Shown here: positions 56,063 to 64,000 of the stretch, one piece after another
Numbering within the stretch: position 1 is the stretch's first letter
Layout of the letters: each line of letters opens with the position of its first letter
Assembly (NCBI GenBank): GCA_963604635.1
Contig: CAVCRS010000001.1
Location: forward strand, 9,868-73,867
DNA from: Faecalibacillus sp.
Lineage (GTDB): Bacteria; Bacteroidota; Bacteroidia; Bacteroidales; UBA932
Reading direction: 5' to 3'
Length of the DNA: 64,000 bases
Notes under the pieces: model-generated
What the model was told of the DNA's origin: nothing
Seen by the model: the letters and a program-made list of their open reading frames with translations, nothing else
Database searches by the model: none
Position numbers and translations under genes: made by a program

Positions 56063-57365
56063 GTTTTTATTGTTGGTGACAACAATCTTCTTCGCGGAAA
56101 TTGCTGTATATGCACAGTCGGGCGCATACAGCAGTTACACTCCTTATTCCATCTTCGGCATAGGTGAACTGAACAATCAGGGCTCCGCATACAACAAGAG
56201 TATGGGTGGAGTCGGCATCGCCGGAAGAAACAGACGTTATCTTAACTACCTCAATCCTGCAGCCGTTACGGCCCGCGACACCCTGTCTTTTATGGCCGAT
56301 ATGTCCCTGCAGCAGAACAACAAGATTTTCAAGCAGGACGGAGTCCGTTCTGTAAACAATACTTTCAATGTCAATGACCTTGCGCTGTCATTCCCAGTTT
56401 ACAAGACTATGGCAATGATGGTGGGTCTGGCGCCTTACAGTTCCACGGGCTATGCCTATACTTCCGAAGTGGAATCGACGGATGTTCTGAGCCAGGCCGG
56501 AAGCACACAGTATGTGGCTCAGGGACAGGGAAGTATGTACAAGCTTTTCATCTCCGCTGGCGTGATGTTCTGGAACCGTCTCAGTCTCGGTGTGGAGGGA
56601 ATCCAGTATTTCGGAAACATTGACAAGGCCAATTCCCTCACTTTCGGGAATTCCGCATACAGCAACATATCGAGTGGCAGCAAGCTTATCCTGCGTTCCA
56701 CTTCAGCCAAGTTCGGTATTCAGTACGAGCAGCCTGTGGGTACAGGGTCTTCGGTTGTGGTGGGTGCCACCTATTCGCTCGGCGCCAAGATCAGGGGATT
56801 CGCCACGAACTACGAAATCTCCGCCGGTGCCTCACAGAATGATACGCTCCGCTATGTTACCGATACGCTGAAATTTGCCTCTCAGAGAGTCAGCATCCCG
56901 ACAGAGTGGGGGGCAGGTATCTCCTATAACCACAAGAACAGGTGGAGGGCAGAGGTGAACTACACCCGTTCGGACTGGACAGATTCGGGAATGTCCACTG
57001 CAGAGGGTTTCGCAGTTTCCGGAACTTCCAGAATCACAGCCACAAACACCGAATCCATCCGTGCAGGTTTCGAGATTGTTCCGAACCGCAATGACGTGCG
57101 TTATTTCTACAAGCGCTGTGCGTACAGAGTCGGAGCCTACTATGACAAGTCCTATTACCTGATGGACGGAAACCAGGTGAGGGCATACGGAATCACGCTC
57201 GGAGGCACCATCCCGGTATTCAGATACTATAACGGGATCAATTTCGCCGTCGATTTCGGACAGAGGGCTTCCACGGCCGGGAATATGATACGCGAGCGCT
57301 TCATCAACTTCTCGGTAGGCTTCAACATCTTCGATTACTGGTTCCAGAAGACCAGATACAATTAG
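56040..57365 (+). CDS. Outer-membrane beta-barrel protein (FadL/OmpP1-like, conserved downstream of coaX)
   Basis: Signal peptide; TPYSIFGIG, SMGGVG, LNPAA; amphipathic beta-strands; C-terminal WFQK. Confidence 0.7.
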   Translation: MSGRTFSRFLLLVTTIFFAEIAVYAQSGAYSSYTPYSIFGIGELNNQGSAYNKSMGGVGIAGRNRRYLNYLNPAAVTARDTLSFMADMSLQQNNKIFKQDGVRSVNNTFNVNDLALSFPVYKTMAMMVGLAPYSSTGYAYTSEVESTDVLSQAGSTQYVAQGQGSMYKLFISAGVMFWNRLSLGVEGIQYFGNIDKANSLTFGNSAYSNISSGSKLILRSTSAKFGIQYEQPVGTGSSVVVGATYSLGAKIRGFATNYEISAGASQNDTLRYVTDTLKFASQRVSIPTEWGAGISYNHKNRWRAEVNYTRSDWTDSGMSTAEGFAVSGTSRITATNTESIRAGFEIVPNRNDVRYFYKRCAYRVGAYYDKSYYLMDGNQVRAYGITLGGTIPVFRYYNGINFAVDFGQRASTAGNMIRERFINFSVGFNIFDYWFQKTRYN

Positions 57366-57408
57366 GATTTCAGACAGAGTTTAAGAAATAATAAAATTAA
57401 CAACCATA

Positions 57409-58731
57409 ATGAAAAAATTAAGTTTAGTAATTGCCGCAGTTGCAATTTTGTTGGGTACCAATGCTTTCGCCCAGGGAAAATACGGTGCAGACAGTGCCGA
57501 ATGTATAAAGTATCTCTCCTACTACAAGGAGTATTTCAAACAGAAGAGTTATGATGAGGCTGTTCCGAGCTGGAGAAAGGCCTATAAGCTCTGCCCTCCC
57601 ACAGCGAGCCAGAACCTTCTTATCGACGGTACGACCCTTCTCAGAAGACTCGTGAACAAGAATGCGAAGAATGAAGAGTACAAGGCTGCCCTTCTGGACT
57701 CCCTGCTCACCATTCACGATGTAAGAGCGCAGTACTATCCTAAGTACAAGGTTACTTCCCTGAACAACAAGGCAGTGGATGTTTCCAACTATCTCAAGAA
57801 TGATTCACAGCGCGCCTATGACATCTATACGTCGGTAATCGAGGCCAACCAGACTCAGACCAAACCTACGGTCTATATCTTCGCCTTCGACTCCGCCCTC
57901 GAGCTCTACAACCAGGGCAAGATGGACGCAGCCCATCTGATCGGTCTCTATCAGAGCTATATGGATCTGATCGACAAGGCCAATCCTGCAAAGGAAAGCG
58001 ACAAGGAGCAGCTTGCAAGCGTAAAGACCGACCTCGAGAGTCTCTTCATCTCCAGCAAGGTGGCTTCCTGCGATGACCTCATCGCCCTGTTCACCCCGAG
58101 ATACGAGGCCAACCCTACAGACAACGATCTCGTAAGCAACATCGTGAAGATTATGAGCATCACCGAGGACTGTACAGACAACGACCTCTATCTCAAGGCC
58201 GTAACCTCAATGCACAAGAACAATCCTACCTATACTTCAGCATACTTCCTCTACAGGGTTAACTCCGCTCACGGAAACAAGGAAGACGCTGTCAAGTATC
58301 TCGAAGAGGCTATTTCCTATCCTGACTGCGAAGAGGCTCAGAAGGGTGAGTACAACTATGAACTTGCCACATTCTGCTTCAAGAACGGTATGTCCGCAAA
58401 GGCATTCGCCGCCGCTCAGCAGGCAGCGACCCAGAATCCTGAATATACCGGCAAGGCTTACTTCCTTATCGCAAACATCTGGGGCTCTACAGTCTGCGGC
58501 GGTGACGAGGTTGCAAAGCGTTCCCCTTACTGGGTGGCTGTGGATTACCTCCAGAAGGCAAAGAATGCAGATCCTTCCCTCGCTGAGGAGGCAAACAAGC
58601 TCATCAGCTCATATGCTGCATACTATCCTCAGACTGCTGAGGCCTTTATGTACGACATCACTGACGGTCAGTCATACACCGTATCCTGCGGCGGTATGAG
58701 GGCTACCACAATCGTAAGAACTCAGAAATAA
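57409..58731 (+). CDS. Exported tetratricopeptide-repeat protein
   Basis: Signal peptide, KYGADSAEC, helical TPR-like repeats, YWVAVD. Confidence 0.7.
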   Translation: MKKLSLVIAAVAILLGTNAFAQGKYGADSAECIKYLSYYKEYFKQKSYDEAVPSWRKAYKLCPPTASQNLLIDGTTLLRRLVNKNAKNEEYKAALLDSLLTIHDVRAQYYPKYKVTSLNNKAVDVSNYLKNDSQRAYDIYTSVIEANQTQTKPTVYIFAFDSALELYNQGKMDAAHLIGLYQSYMDLIDKANPAKESDKEQLASVKTDLESLFISSKVASCDDLIALFTPRYEANPTDNDLVSNIVKIMSITEDCTDNDLYLKAVTSMHKNNPTYTSAYFLYRVNSAHGNKEDAVKYLEEAISYPDCEEAQKGEYNYELATFCFKNGMSAKAFAAAQQAATQNPEYTGKAYFLIANIWGSTVCGGDEVAKRSPYWVAVDYLQKAKNADPSLAEEANKLISSYAAYYPQTAEAFMYDITDGQSYTVSCGGMRATTIVRTQK

Positions 58732-58736
58732 AGGCT

Positions 58737-59366
58737 TTGTCTGGAATACGACATACGGCTAGGATGATGGCAACCACCCTCGTGGTTGCTATCATCGTAT
58801 TTTCGTGTCGGGACAAATTGGGCGAAGCCCAGAGACTGGATCTGGAGATGACGCCCGTGCAGGTGGTGGACAGCATGTTCGCCATCCAGAGCACGAACGG
58901 CGTGGTGCAGATGCGTATGGAGGCTCCCAGGATGGAGCGTTACGATACGGATTCCACGACCTACGAGTCCTTTCCTGACGGTCTTTCAGTCTATGCCTAT
59001 ACCTCCGACGGACTGCTGGAGACCACGATTTTCTCCGACAACGCGATGCACATAAAGTACAAGAATCGCGACTCTGAGACTTGGGAAGCCTTCGGCAATG
59101 TGGTCATACAGAACGTCATCAAGCAGCAGACAATGGAGACGGACACCCTGTACTGGGACCGTGCGAACCAGGAAATATACACGGACTGCTATGTCAGGAT
59201 GTATTCTGCGGACGGCTTCAGCCAGGGTTTCGGAATGCGCTCGGATGAGCGTGCAAGCAACGCGATTCTGCATCGTCCGTTCAATAATTTCATGGTTGTA
59301 GTGCACGATTCGACGGCCGTTGTGGTTGATTCAGTTAATTTTATAGGGCCATTTCCGAAAAAATAG
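58737..59366 (+). CDS. lptC: LPS export periplasmic protein LptC
   Basis: FSC lipobox; FPDGL, WEAFGNVVI.N, METDTLYWD...IYTD, GFGM.SD; start may instead be ATG 58764. Confidence 0.8.
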   Translation: MSGIRHTARMMATTLVVAIIVFSCRDKLGEAQRLDLEMTPVQVVDSMFAIQSTNGVVQMRMEAPRMERYDTDSTTYESFPDGLSVYAYTSDGLLETTIFSDNAMHIKYKNRDSETWEAFGNVVIQNVIKQQTMETDTLYWDRANQEIYTDCYVRMYSADGFSQGFGMRSDERASNAILHRPFNNFMVVVHDSTAVVVDSVNFIGPFPKK

Positions 59367-59469
59367 TTTCGCATTTGTCAGAAAATCACTATCTTCGCAG
59401 CCCTATTGGAATGTTTTGTACCGCATAGGCGGCTAAAACTTGATAAGTAATTAAAAATTAGATAATAAA

Positions 59470-61569
59470 ATGGCGGTTCTTCAAAAAATGCGCACGAAGT
59501 TCGGTCTGGCGATTTCCATTCTTGTCGCCCTGGGACTTCTTTCGTTCATTATTGATCCGACCCAGGTGGAGTCGGCTCTCAATTCGATGTCTGCAAAGTA
59601 CGATGTAGGCAATATCAACGGTAAATCCATCTCCTACACTGACTTTCAGGACGATGTGGAAAATTATACAACCATAAGCGAGATGCTTACCGGTTCCTCC
59701 GCAAGTTCGACGGCTCAGCAGCAGCAGATCAGAGACGCTGCATGGCAGGGTCTTGTGGACAAATATCTCTTCGTGAAGAACGCCAAGGCTGCCGGCCTCA
59801 GAGTGGGCGAGGCTGAGATGGTGGATATGACCACAGGTGACAACATCTCCCCTGTAATCCTCCAGAGCGGTGTTTTCTCCGACCAGAACGGCAACTTCAA
59901 CGCTGAAAATGTAGTCAACTTCGTTCAGAACATCTCCAGCGATGAGACAGGCCGTCTCAAGAAGTATTGGGATTATCTCCAGAACTCCGTTTACAACCAG
60001 AAGTTCTACCAGAAGTACGGCGCTCTCTTCACATACAGCAACGCCGAGAACGCCCTCACTCTCGCAAAGGCGGTGGAGGAGAACAACAATACCACCAACG
60101 TGGACTTCGTGATGGTTCCGAACACCTATGCCACCGACTCCACCATCGTGGTTTCCGACAGCGAAATCAAGAACTATTACAATTCCCACAAGAAGTTCTT
60201 CAAGCAGGATGCAAGCCGTGACATCGAGTACGTGGTATTCGAGGTCGTTCCTTCACAGGATGACATCAACGAGACCAGCAACAAGGTTACCGACGTTTAT
60301 GACGAGTTCTGCACCACAGACAATATGAAGGCTTTCCTTCTGAAGAATTCTGACCGCTCCCTTTCCACCTACTGGTACAAGGCAGGCGAGCTGACCGGCA
60401 TCTCCAGGGATGTGAATGACTACGCTTTCAGCGCAGACACAAAGAACGCTTCCCCTATCTTCAAGTCTGGCAATTCTTTCTATGCTGCCAGAGTTATGGA
60501 CAGCGCAATGAAGTCGGACTCTGTATATGTCAAGCATATTCTCCTTCAGGGTGACAATTCCGACCATCTTGCAGACAGCCTCTGCACCGTGGCTTCCCAG
60601 AAGGGCGCAAATTTCTCCAACCTCGTGGCTCTCTATTCAGCAGACCAGAGTTCTTCCGCAAACGGTGAGCTCGGAAACATCGGCTGGATGACCCAGACCT
60701 ATATGATCCCCGGTTTCGAGTCCGTCATTGACGCCGAGGTCGGCAAGCCGTTCGTTCTCAAGACCCAGTACGGCACACACGTCGTTCTCGTAAGCGATAA
60801 GACCAAGCCTGTCCTCAAGAAGCAGGTGGCTATCCTCGAGAAGACCACTCTCGCCAGCAACCAGACTTTCAACGAATACTACGCAAAGGCTAACAAGTTC
60901 GCGACCATCGCCAACGGCAATTATGACAATTACCGCGCAGCTGTGGATTCCCTGGGTGTTTACTCTCATCCTATGAACCGTGTCACCGAGGCTACTGAGG
61001 CTTACGGTGCCATCGACAACGCCAAGGAGGTTACCCGCTGGATCTTCGACAACAAGAAAGGCAAGGTTTCTAACATCATCACCGTTAACCAGAACTACTT
61101 CTTCATCACAGTCGTAAAGGACATCCACGAGGAAGGTTATGCAAAGGTTGCCGAGGTGGCTTCCACCATCCGTCAGCAGCTCTATGCAGAGAAGCTTTCT
61201 GAGAAGAAGGCAGCTGAGGTCGCCGAGCAGATCAAAGGTCTCAGCACTCTCGACGAGATTGCCGAGAAGCTTGGCACAAGCGTCAGCAGCGAGAGCGGAG
61301 TGGCATTCTCTTCACTTTCCGCACGCTCTCTGGATCCTAAGTTCATCGGTGCGCTGAGCGTAGCTCCGGAAGGCCAGATCTGCGGTCCGGTAGCCGGCAC
61401 CATCGGAACCTATGTATTCAAGGTAACCGGTCGTGACGTGGCTTCCTTCTACACAGAGGAAGATGCCAAGACTTTCCAGAACCAGAAGAATCAGTATAAC
61501 AGCCAGATGATCGTTCCGGTTATGAGTGCTGACGCCGAGGTCGTTGACCATAGGGCACGTTTCTTCTAG
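59470..61569 (+). CDS. ppiD: SurA-N/parvulin membrane-anchored chaperone (PpiD-like)
   Basis: MAVLQKMR N-terminal TM, VGNING, VKHILL, YSAD.SS..NG, T.YGTHV, C-terminal DHRARFF. Confidence 0.85.
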   Translation: MAVLQKMRTKFGLAISILVALGLLSFIIDPTQVESALNSMSAKYDVGNINGKSISYTDFQDDVENYTTISEMLTGSSASSTAQQQQIRDAAWQGLVDKYLFVKNAKAAGLRVGEAEMVDMTTGDNISPVILQSGVFSDQNGNFNAENVVNFVQNISSDETGRLKKYWDYLQNSVYNQKFYQKYGALFTYSNAENALTLAKAVEENNNTTNVDFVMVPNTYATDSTIVVSDSEIKNYYNSHKKFFKQDASRDIEYVVFEVVPSQDDINETSNKVTDVYDEFCTTDNMKAFLLKNSDRSLSTYWYKAGELTGISRDVNDYAFSADTKNASPIFKSGNSFYAARVMDSAMKSDSVYVKHILLQGDNSDHLADSLCTVASQKGANFSNLVALYSADQSSSANGELGNIGWMTQTYMIPGFESVIDAEVGKPFVLKTQYGTHVVLVSDKTKPVLKKQVAILEKTTLASNQTFNEYYAKANKFATIANGNYDNYRAAVDSLGVYSHPMNRVTEATEAYGAIDNAKEVTRWIFDNKKGKVSNIITVNQNYFFITVVKDIHEEGYAKVAEVASTIRQQLYAEKLSEKKAAEVAEQIKGLSTLDEIAEKLGTSVSSESGVAFSSLSARSLDPKFIGALSVAPEGQICGPVAGTIGTYVFKVTGRDVASFYTEEDAKTFQNQKNQYNSQMIVPVMSADAEVVDHRARFF

Positions 61570-61593
61570 AATCATACTGAGACACATATATGT

Positions 61594-61630
61594 GAAAGGT
61601 GGTCCCGCATTGCGCGGGACCGCTTTTTTT
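61594..61630 (+). terminator. Intrinsic terminator after ppiD
   Basis: GGTGGTCCCGC-ATTGC-GCGGGACCGCT followed by a T run. Confidence 0.78.
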
Positions 61631-62726
61631 ATTCACTGGGGGACGTATCCCCCAGACCCCATGACACCATTGGGAGCTTCGAAACGTCGCACGGTGCGAC
61701 GGTCAGCAGTACGGGCAGATGGTCGGAGAAGCCGCCTTTCCAGCGGGGGCCGGAGTAGGTGCGAAGCGGCCGCAGGCCAGAGTGCGTCGAGTCCTTTTCG
61801 AGCAGGAAAGGCAGGGGACACACGAAGAAGCGCGAGCGCTGCACCAGCGGCTGCGAAACGAAAGCCAGGTCGATGAACTGCCATTCTCCGTTGAATCTGA
61901 TGCTTCCGGGAAACGGACCCTTCTGCGGCGGAACGTGTATCAGAGACGGAGGCAGCAGTCCGAAGAGAGGGTGGGAGGGCTGCTCGTTGAAGTCACCCAC
62001 CGCCACGCGGCTTCCCCATCCCTCGTTTTCCAGAGAATCGCTCAGAAAGCGCAATCGATTCATAGCCAGAGTTCTGAGACCCTCGGAAGAATCTCCGCCG
62101 TATTTCGATGGATGGTGATTCACGAGAATGGCAATAGAGTCGCCTGAGGCGGTGAGAAACTGCGCGAGCAGAATGTCGCGAGTCGCAAGGGTATCTATAT
62201 GGCAGGGTTTCGAGGCGAGGGGAGTGAGGCGCGAAATGCGGTAGAGCAGCGCACAGTCTATCCCGCGATGGTCCGGCGAATCATAATGTATGAAGCGGTA
62301 GTCGAGTTTTCGCAGCAGAGTCGAGCTGAGAAGGCGCCTCAGAACCCCCGCATTCTCGATTTCCGCAAGTCCCACCGCGTCCGGCAGCCGTCCCTGCACC
62401 TGAGCGATGTACAGCAGCGATTTCGCGAACATATTGCACTTGGCATAGAAGCGTTTCGACGTCCAATGCCTGCTTCCTCCGCCCGAAAATTCCCAGTCCG
62501 ACACTCCAGTGCCCGAGTCGGTGTAATCGAAGAAATTCTCGCAGTTCCAAAACATCAGCAGGAGCGAATCCCCGCGGGGAGAGGCTGCGGCGGCATCACC
62601 GGATTGGACGTCGCAGACGGCCGGTAAAAGCCTGCCTGGACCTGTTTCCGCGGCCGCTGTCGCGTCCAATGCCGCCCCGGCCGCGAGCAGCGGTGCAAGT
62701 ATCATTTTCCACAGTTTTTCTTTCAT
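61629..62726 (-). CDS. Secreted EEP-family endonuclease
   Basis: Signal peptide; MFWNCENFFD, GLAEIEN, DSPDHRGID.ALLY, VNHHPS, GDFNE, YSG..W.GGFSDHLPV; start MKEKLWK. Confidence 0.85.
   Translation of the reverse strand: MKEKLWKMILAPLLAAGAALDATAAAETGPGRLLPAVCDVQSGDAAAASPRGDSLLLMFWNCENFFDYTDSGTGVSDWEFSGGGSRHWTSKRFYAKCNMFAKSLLYIAQVQGRLPDAVGLAEIENAGVLRRLLSSTLLRKLDYRFIHYDSPDHRGIDCALLYRISRLTPLASKPCHIDTLATRDILLAQFLTASGDSIAILVNHHPSKYGGDSSEGLRTLAMNRLRFLSDSLENEGWGSRVAVGDFNEQPSHPLFGLLPPSLIHVPPQKGPFPGSIRFNGEWQFIDLAFVSQPLVQRSRFFVCPLPFLLEKDSTHSGLRPLRTYSGPRWKGGFSDHLPVLLTVAPCDVSKLPMVSWGLGDTSPSE
61630..61682 (+). repeat. REP-like dispersed repeat, copy B
   Basis: TATTCACTGGGGGACGTATCCCCCAGACCCCATGACACCATTGGGAGCTTCGA. 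Confidence 0.8.
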
Positions 62727-62947
62727 AGTCTGTCCGTGTCCGCGCGGCTTCGGTTTTCCGCGTTGCTGCCGCAATATCGGAGTTTATCCCGCACACTCCG
62801 CAAAAATGTGGCGAAATTCTTCGGCCTCCTGATACGAATCTTAAATTCCGGATATGTTTCTTTAATGCCGGCAGAAAAAAAACACGCGGCAGAGTGTCGG
62901 GTTATATGGTGAGAATGACTATATTTGCTATTCAAACCATTAACGAA

Positions 62948-64000
62948 ATGTCATTAAAATGTGGAATAGTCGGATTGCCGAATGTCGGCAAATCCACACT
63001 CTTTAACTGTATAAGTTCAGGAAAGGCGCAGAGCGCCAATTTTCCATTCTGTACCATAGAGCCGAATCTCGGGTCCACCAACGTCCCTGACCGCCGTCTG
63101 GACGCCCTTTCCGAGCTCTGCAAGCCCAAAAGAACCATCCCTGCCACGGTGGATATCGTAGATATCGCCGGTCTGGTGAAGGGCGCGAGCCACGGTGAAG
63201 GCCTCGGAAACCAGTTCCTTGCGAACATCCGCGAGACCGACGCCATCCTGCACGTGCTCCGTTGCTTCGATGACGGAAACATCGTTCACGTCGATGGCAG
63301 CGTGGATCCTGTAAGGGACAAGGAAGTGGTCGATGCCGAGCTTCAGATAAAGGACCTCGAAACGGTGGAGGCGCGCCTCGCCAAAGTTCAGAAACAGGCC
63401 AAAATCGGTGCGGACAAGGAGGCGAAAAAGCTTGCCGACCTGCTCGAAAGATACCGTGCAGCCCTTCTGGAAGGCAAGTCCTGCCGCACCGTGGAGCCTG
63501 CGAACGAGGAAGAGGAGGCTATGTCAAAGGAACTCTATCTCCTTACAAACAAGCCTGTTATGTATATCTGCAATGTCGATGAGGCTTCCGCCGCCACAGG
63601 CAATGCCTATGTCGATGCAGTGCGTGAGGCCGTGAAGGATGAGAATGCCGAAATCCTTGTGATCGCCGCCAAAACCGAAGCGGAAATCGCTGAAATAGAG
63701 GATTATGATGACAGGAAGATGTTCCTTGAGGAGCTCGGTCTCGAAGAATCCGGCGTGGTGCGTCTGATTCAGAGCGCATACAAGCTGCTCGGGCTTCAGA
63801 CCTTCTTCACCGCAGGTGCCGACGAATGCCGCGCCTGGACCATCCGCAAGGGCGACAAGGCCCCGAAGGCGGCAGGCGTCATCCATTCCGATTTCGAGAG
63901 AGGATTCATCCGTGCGGAAGTCATCAAATACGATGACTATATGTCCTACAAGTCAGAAGCCGCCATCCGTGCCGCCGGAAAGATGGGCATCGAGGGCAAG
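62948..64000 (+). CDS. ychF: Redox-regulated ATPase YchF (truncated by window end; absent from the ORF track)
   Basis: MSLKCGIVGLPNVGKSTLFN, ANFPFCTIEPN, DIAGLVKGASHGEGLGNQFLANIRE, AAGVIHSDFERGFIRAE; -7 box TATATTTG at 62920. Confidence 0.96.
   Translation, partial: MSLKCGIVGLPNVGKSTLFNCISSGKAQSANFPFCTIEPNLGSTNVPDRRLDALSELCKPKRTIPATVDIVDIAGLVKGASHGEGLGNQFLANIRETDAILHVLRCFDDGNIVHVDGSVDPVRDKEVVDAELQIKDLETVEARLAKVQKQAKIGADKEAKKLADLLERYRAALLEGKSCRTVEPANEEEEAMSKELYLLTNKPVMYICNVDEASAATGNAYVDAVREAVKDENAEILVIAAKTEAEIAEIEDYDDRKMFLEELGLEESGVVRLIQSAYKLLGLQTFFTAGADECRAWTIRKGDKAPKAAGVIHSDFERGFIRAEVIKYDDYMSYKSEAAIRAAGKMGIEGK

Noticed and set aside
62780..62910. Weak inverted repeat between the EEP gene and ychF
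   Set aside because: Only ~13 bp with mismatches; not distinguishable from chance by eye
1..64000. Prophage, integrase, transposase, toxin-antitoxin or defence genes; rRNA/tRNA
   Set aside because: No recognisable motifs; almost all coding space is accounted for by housekeeping and carbohydrate genes

Overview
A core-chromosome segment of a Bacteroidales bacterium, inferred from SusC/SusD genes, Bacteroidetes-type TAnnTTTG -7 promoter boxes and an alpha2-type GlyRS. It most likely spans the replication origin: about 9 DnaA-box-like 9-mers lie between divergent ruvB and mfd (~51.9-52.1 kb), two parS palindromes sit inside sufS and mnmG, and gene strand bias switches at that point. Left to right it holds a CE1-like esterase/GH53 pair, a starch PUL (malT-susC-susD-susEF, then susG-amylase-susA) divergent from a LytS/LytTR pair, a ThiL homologue lacking its catalytic aspartates, dnaE, secDF, glyQS, sufS-sufE-sufT-folK, ruvA, mnmG, ybeY, tonB, hflX, frdAB/sdhAB without the cytochrome b subunit, ruvB, mfd, coaX-OMP-TPR-lptC, ppiD and a truncated ychF. 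The best candidate for an undescribed system is at 31.7-38.4 kb. It has the three enzyme families of the oxidative 3-keto glycoside-cleavage pathway (Tat-lipoprotein Gfo/Idh/MocA, Tat-lipoprotein AP2-like TIM barrel, tandem DUF1080 lipoprotein), clustered with a NapC/NrfH tetraheme quinol dehydrogenase fused to an FGE/SUMF1-fold domain and a dedicated fused CcsBA heme lyase. This suggests periplasmic glycoside oxidation wired to the menaquinone pool. Convergent intergenic gaps carry several REP/MITE-like structured repeats. I saw no rRNA, tRNA, CRISPR array, transposase, integrase or reverse transcriptase. All family calls come from motif recognition by eye; no searches were run.
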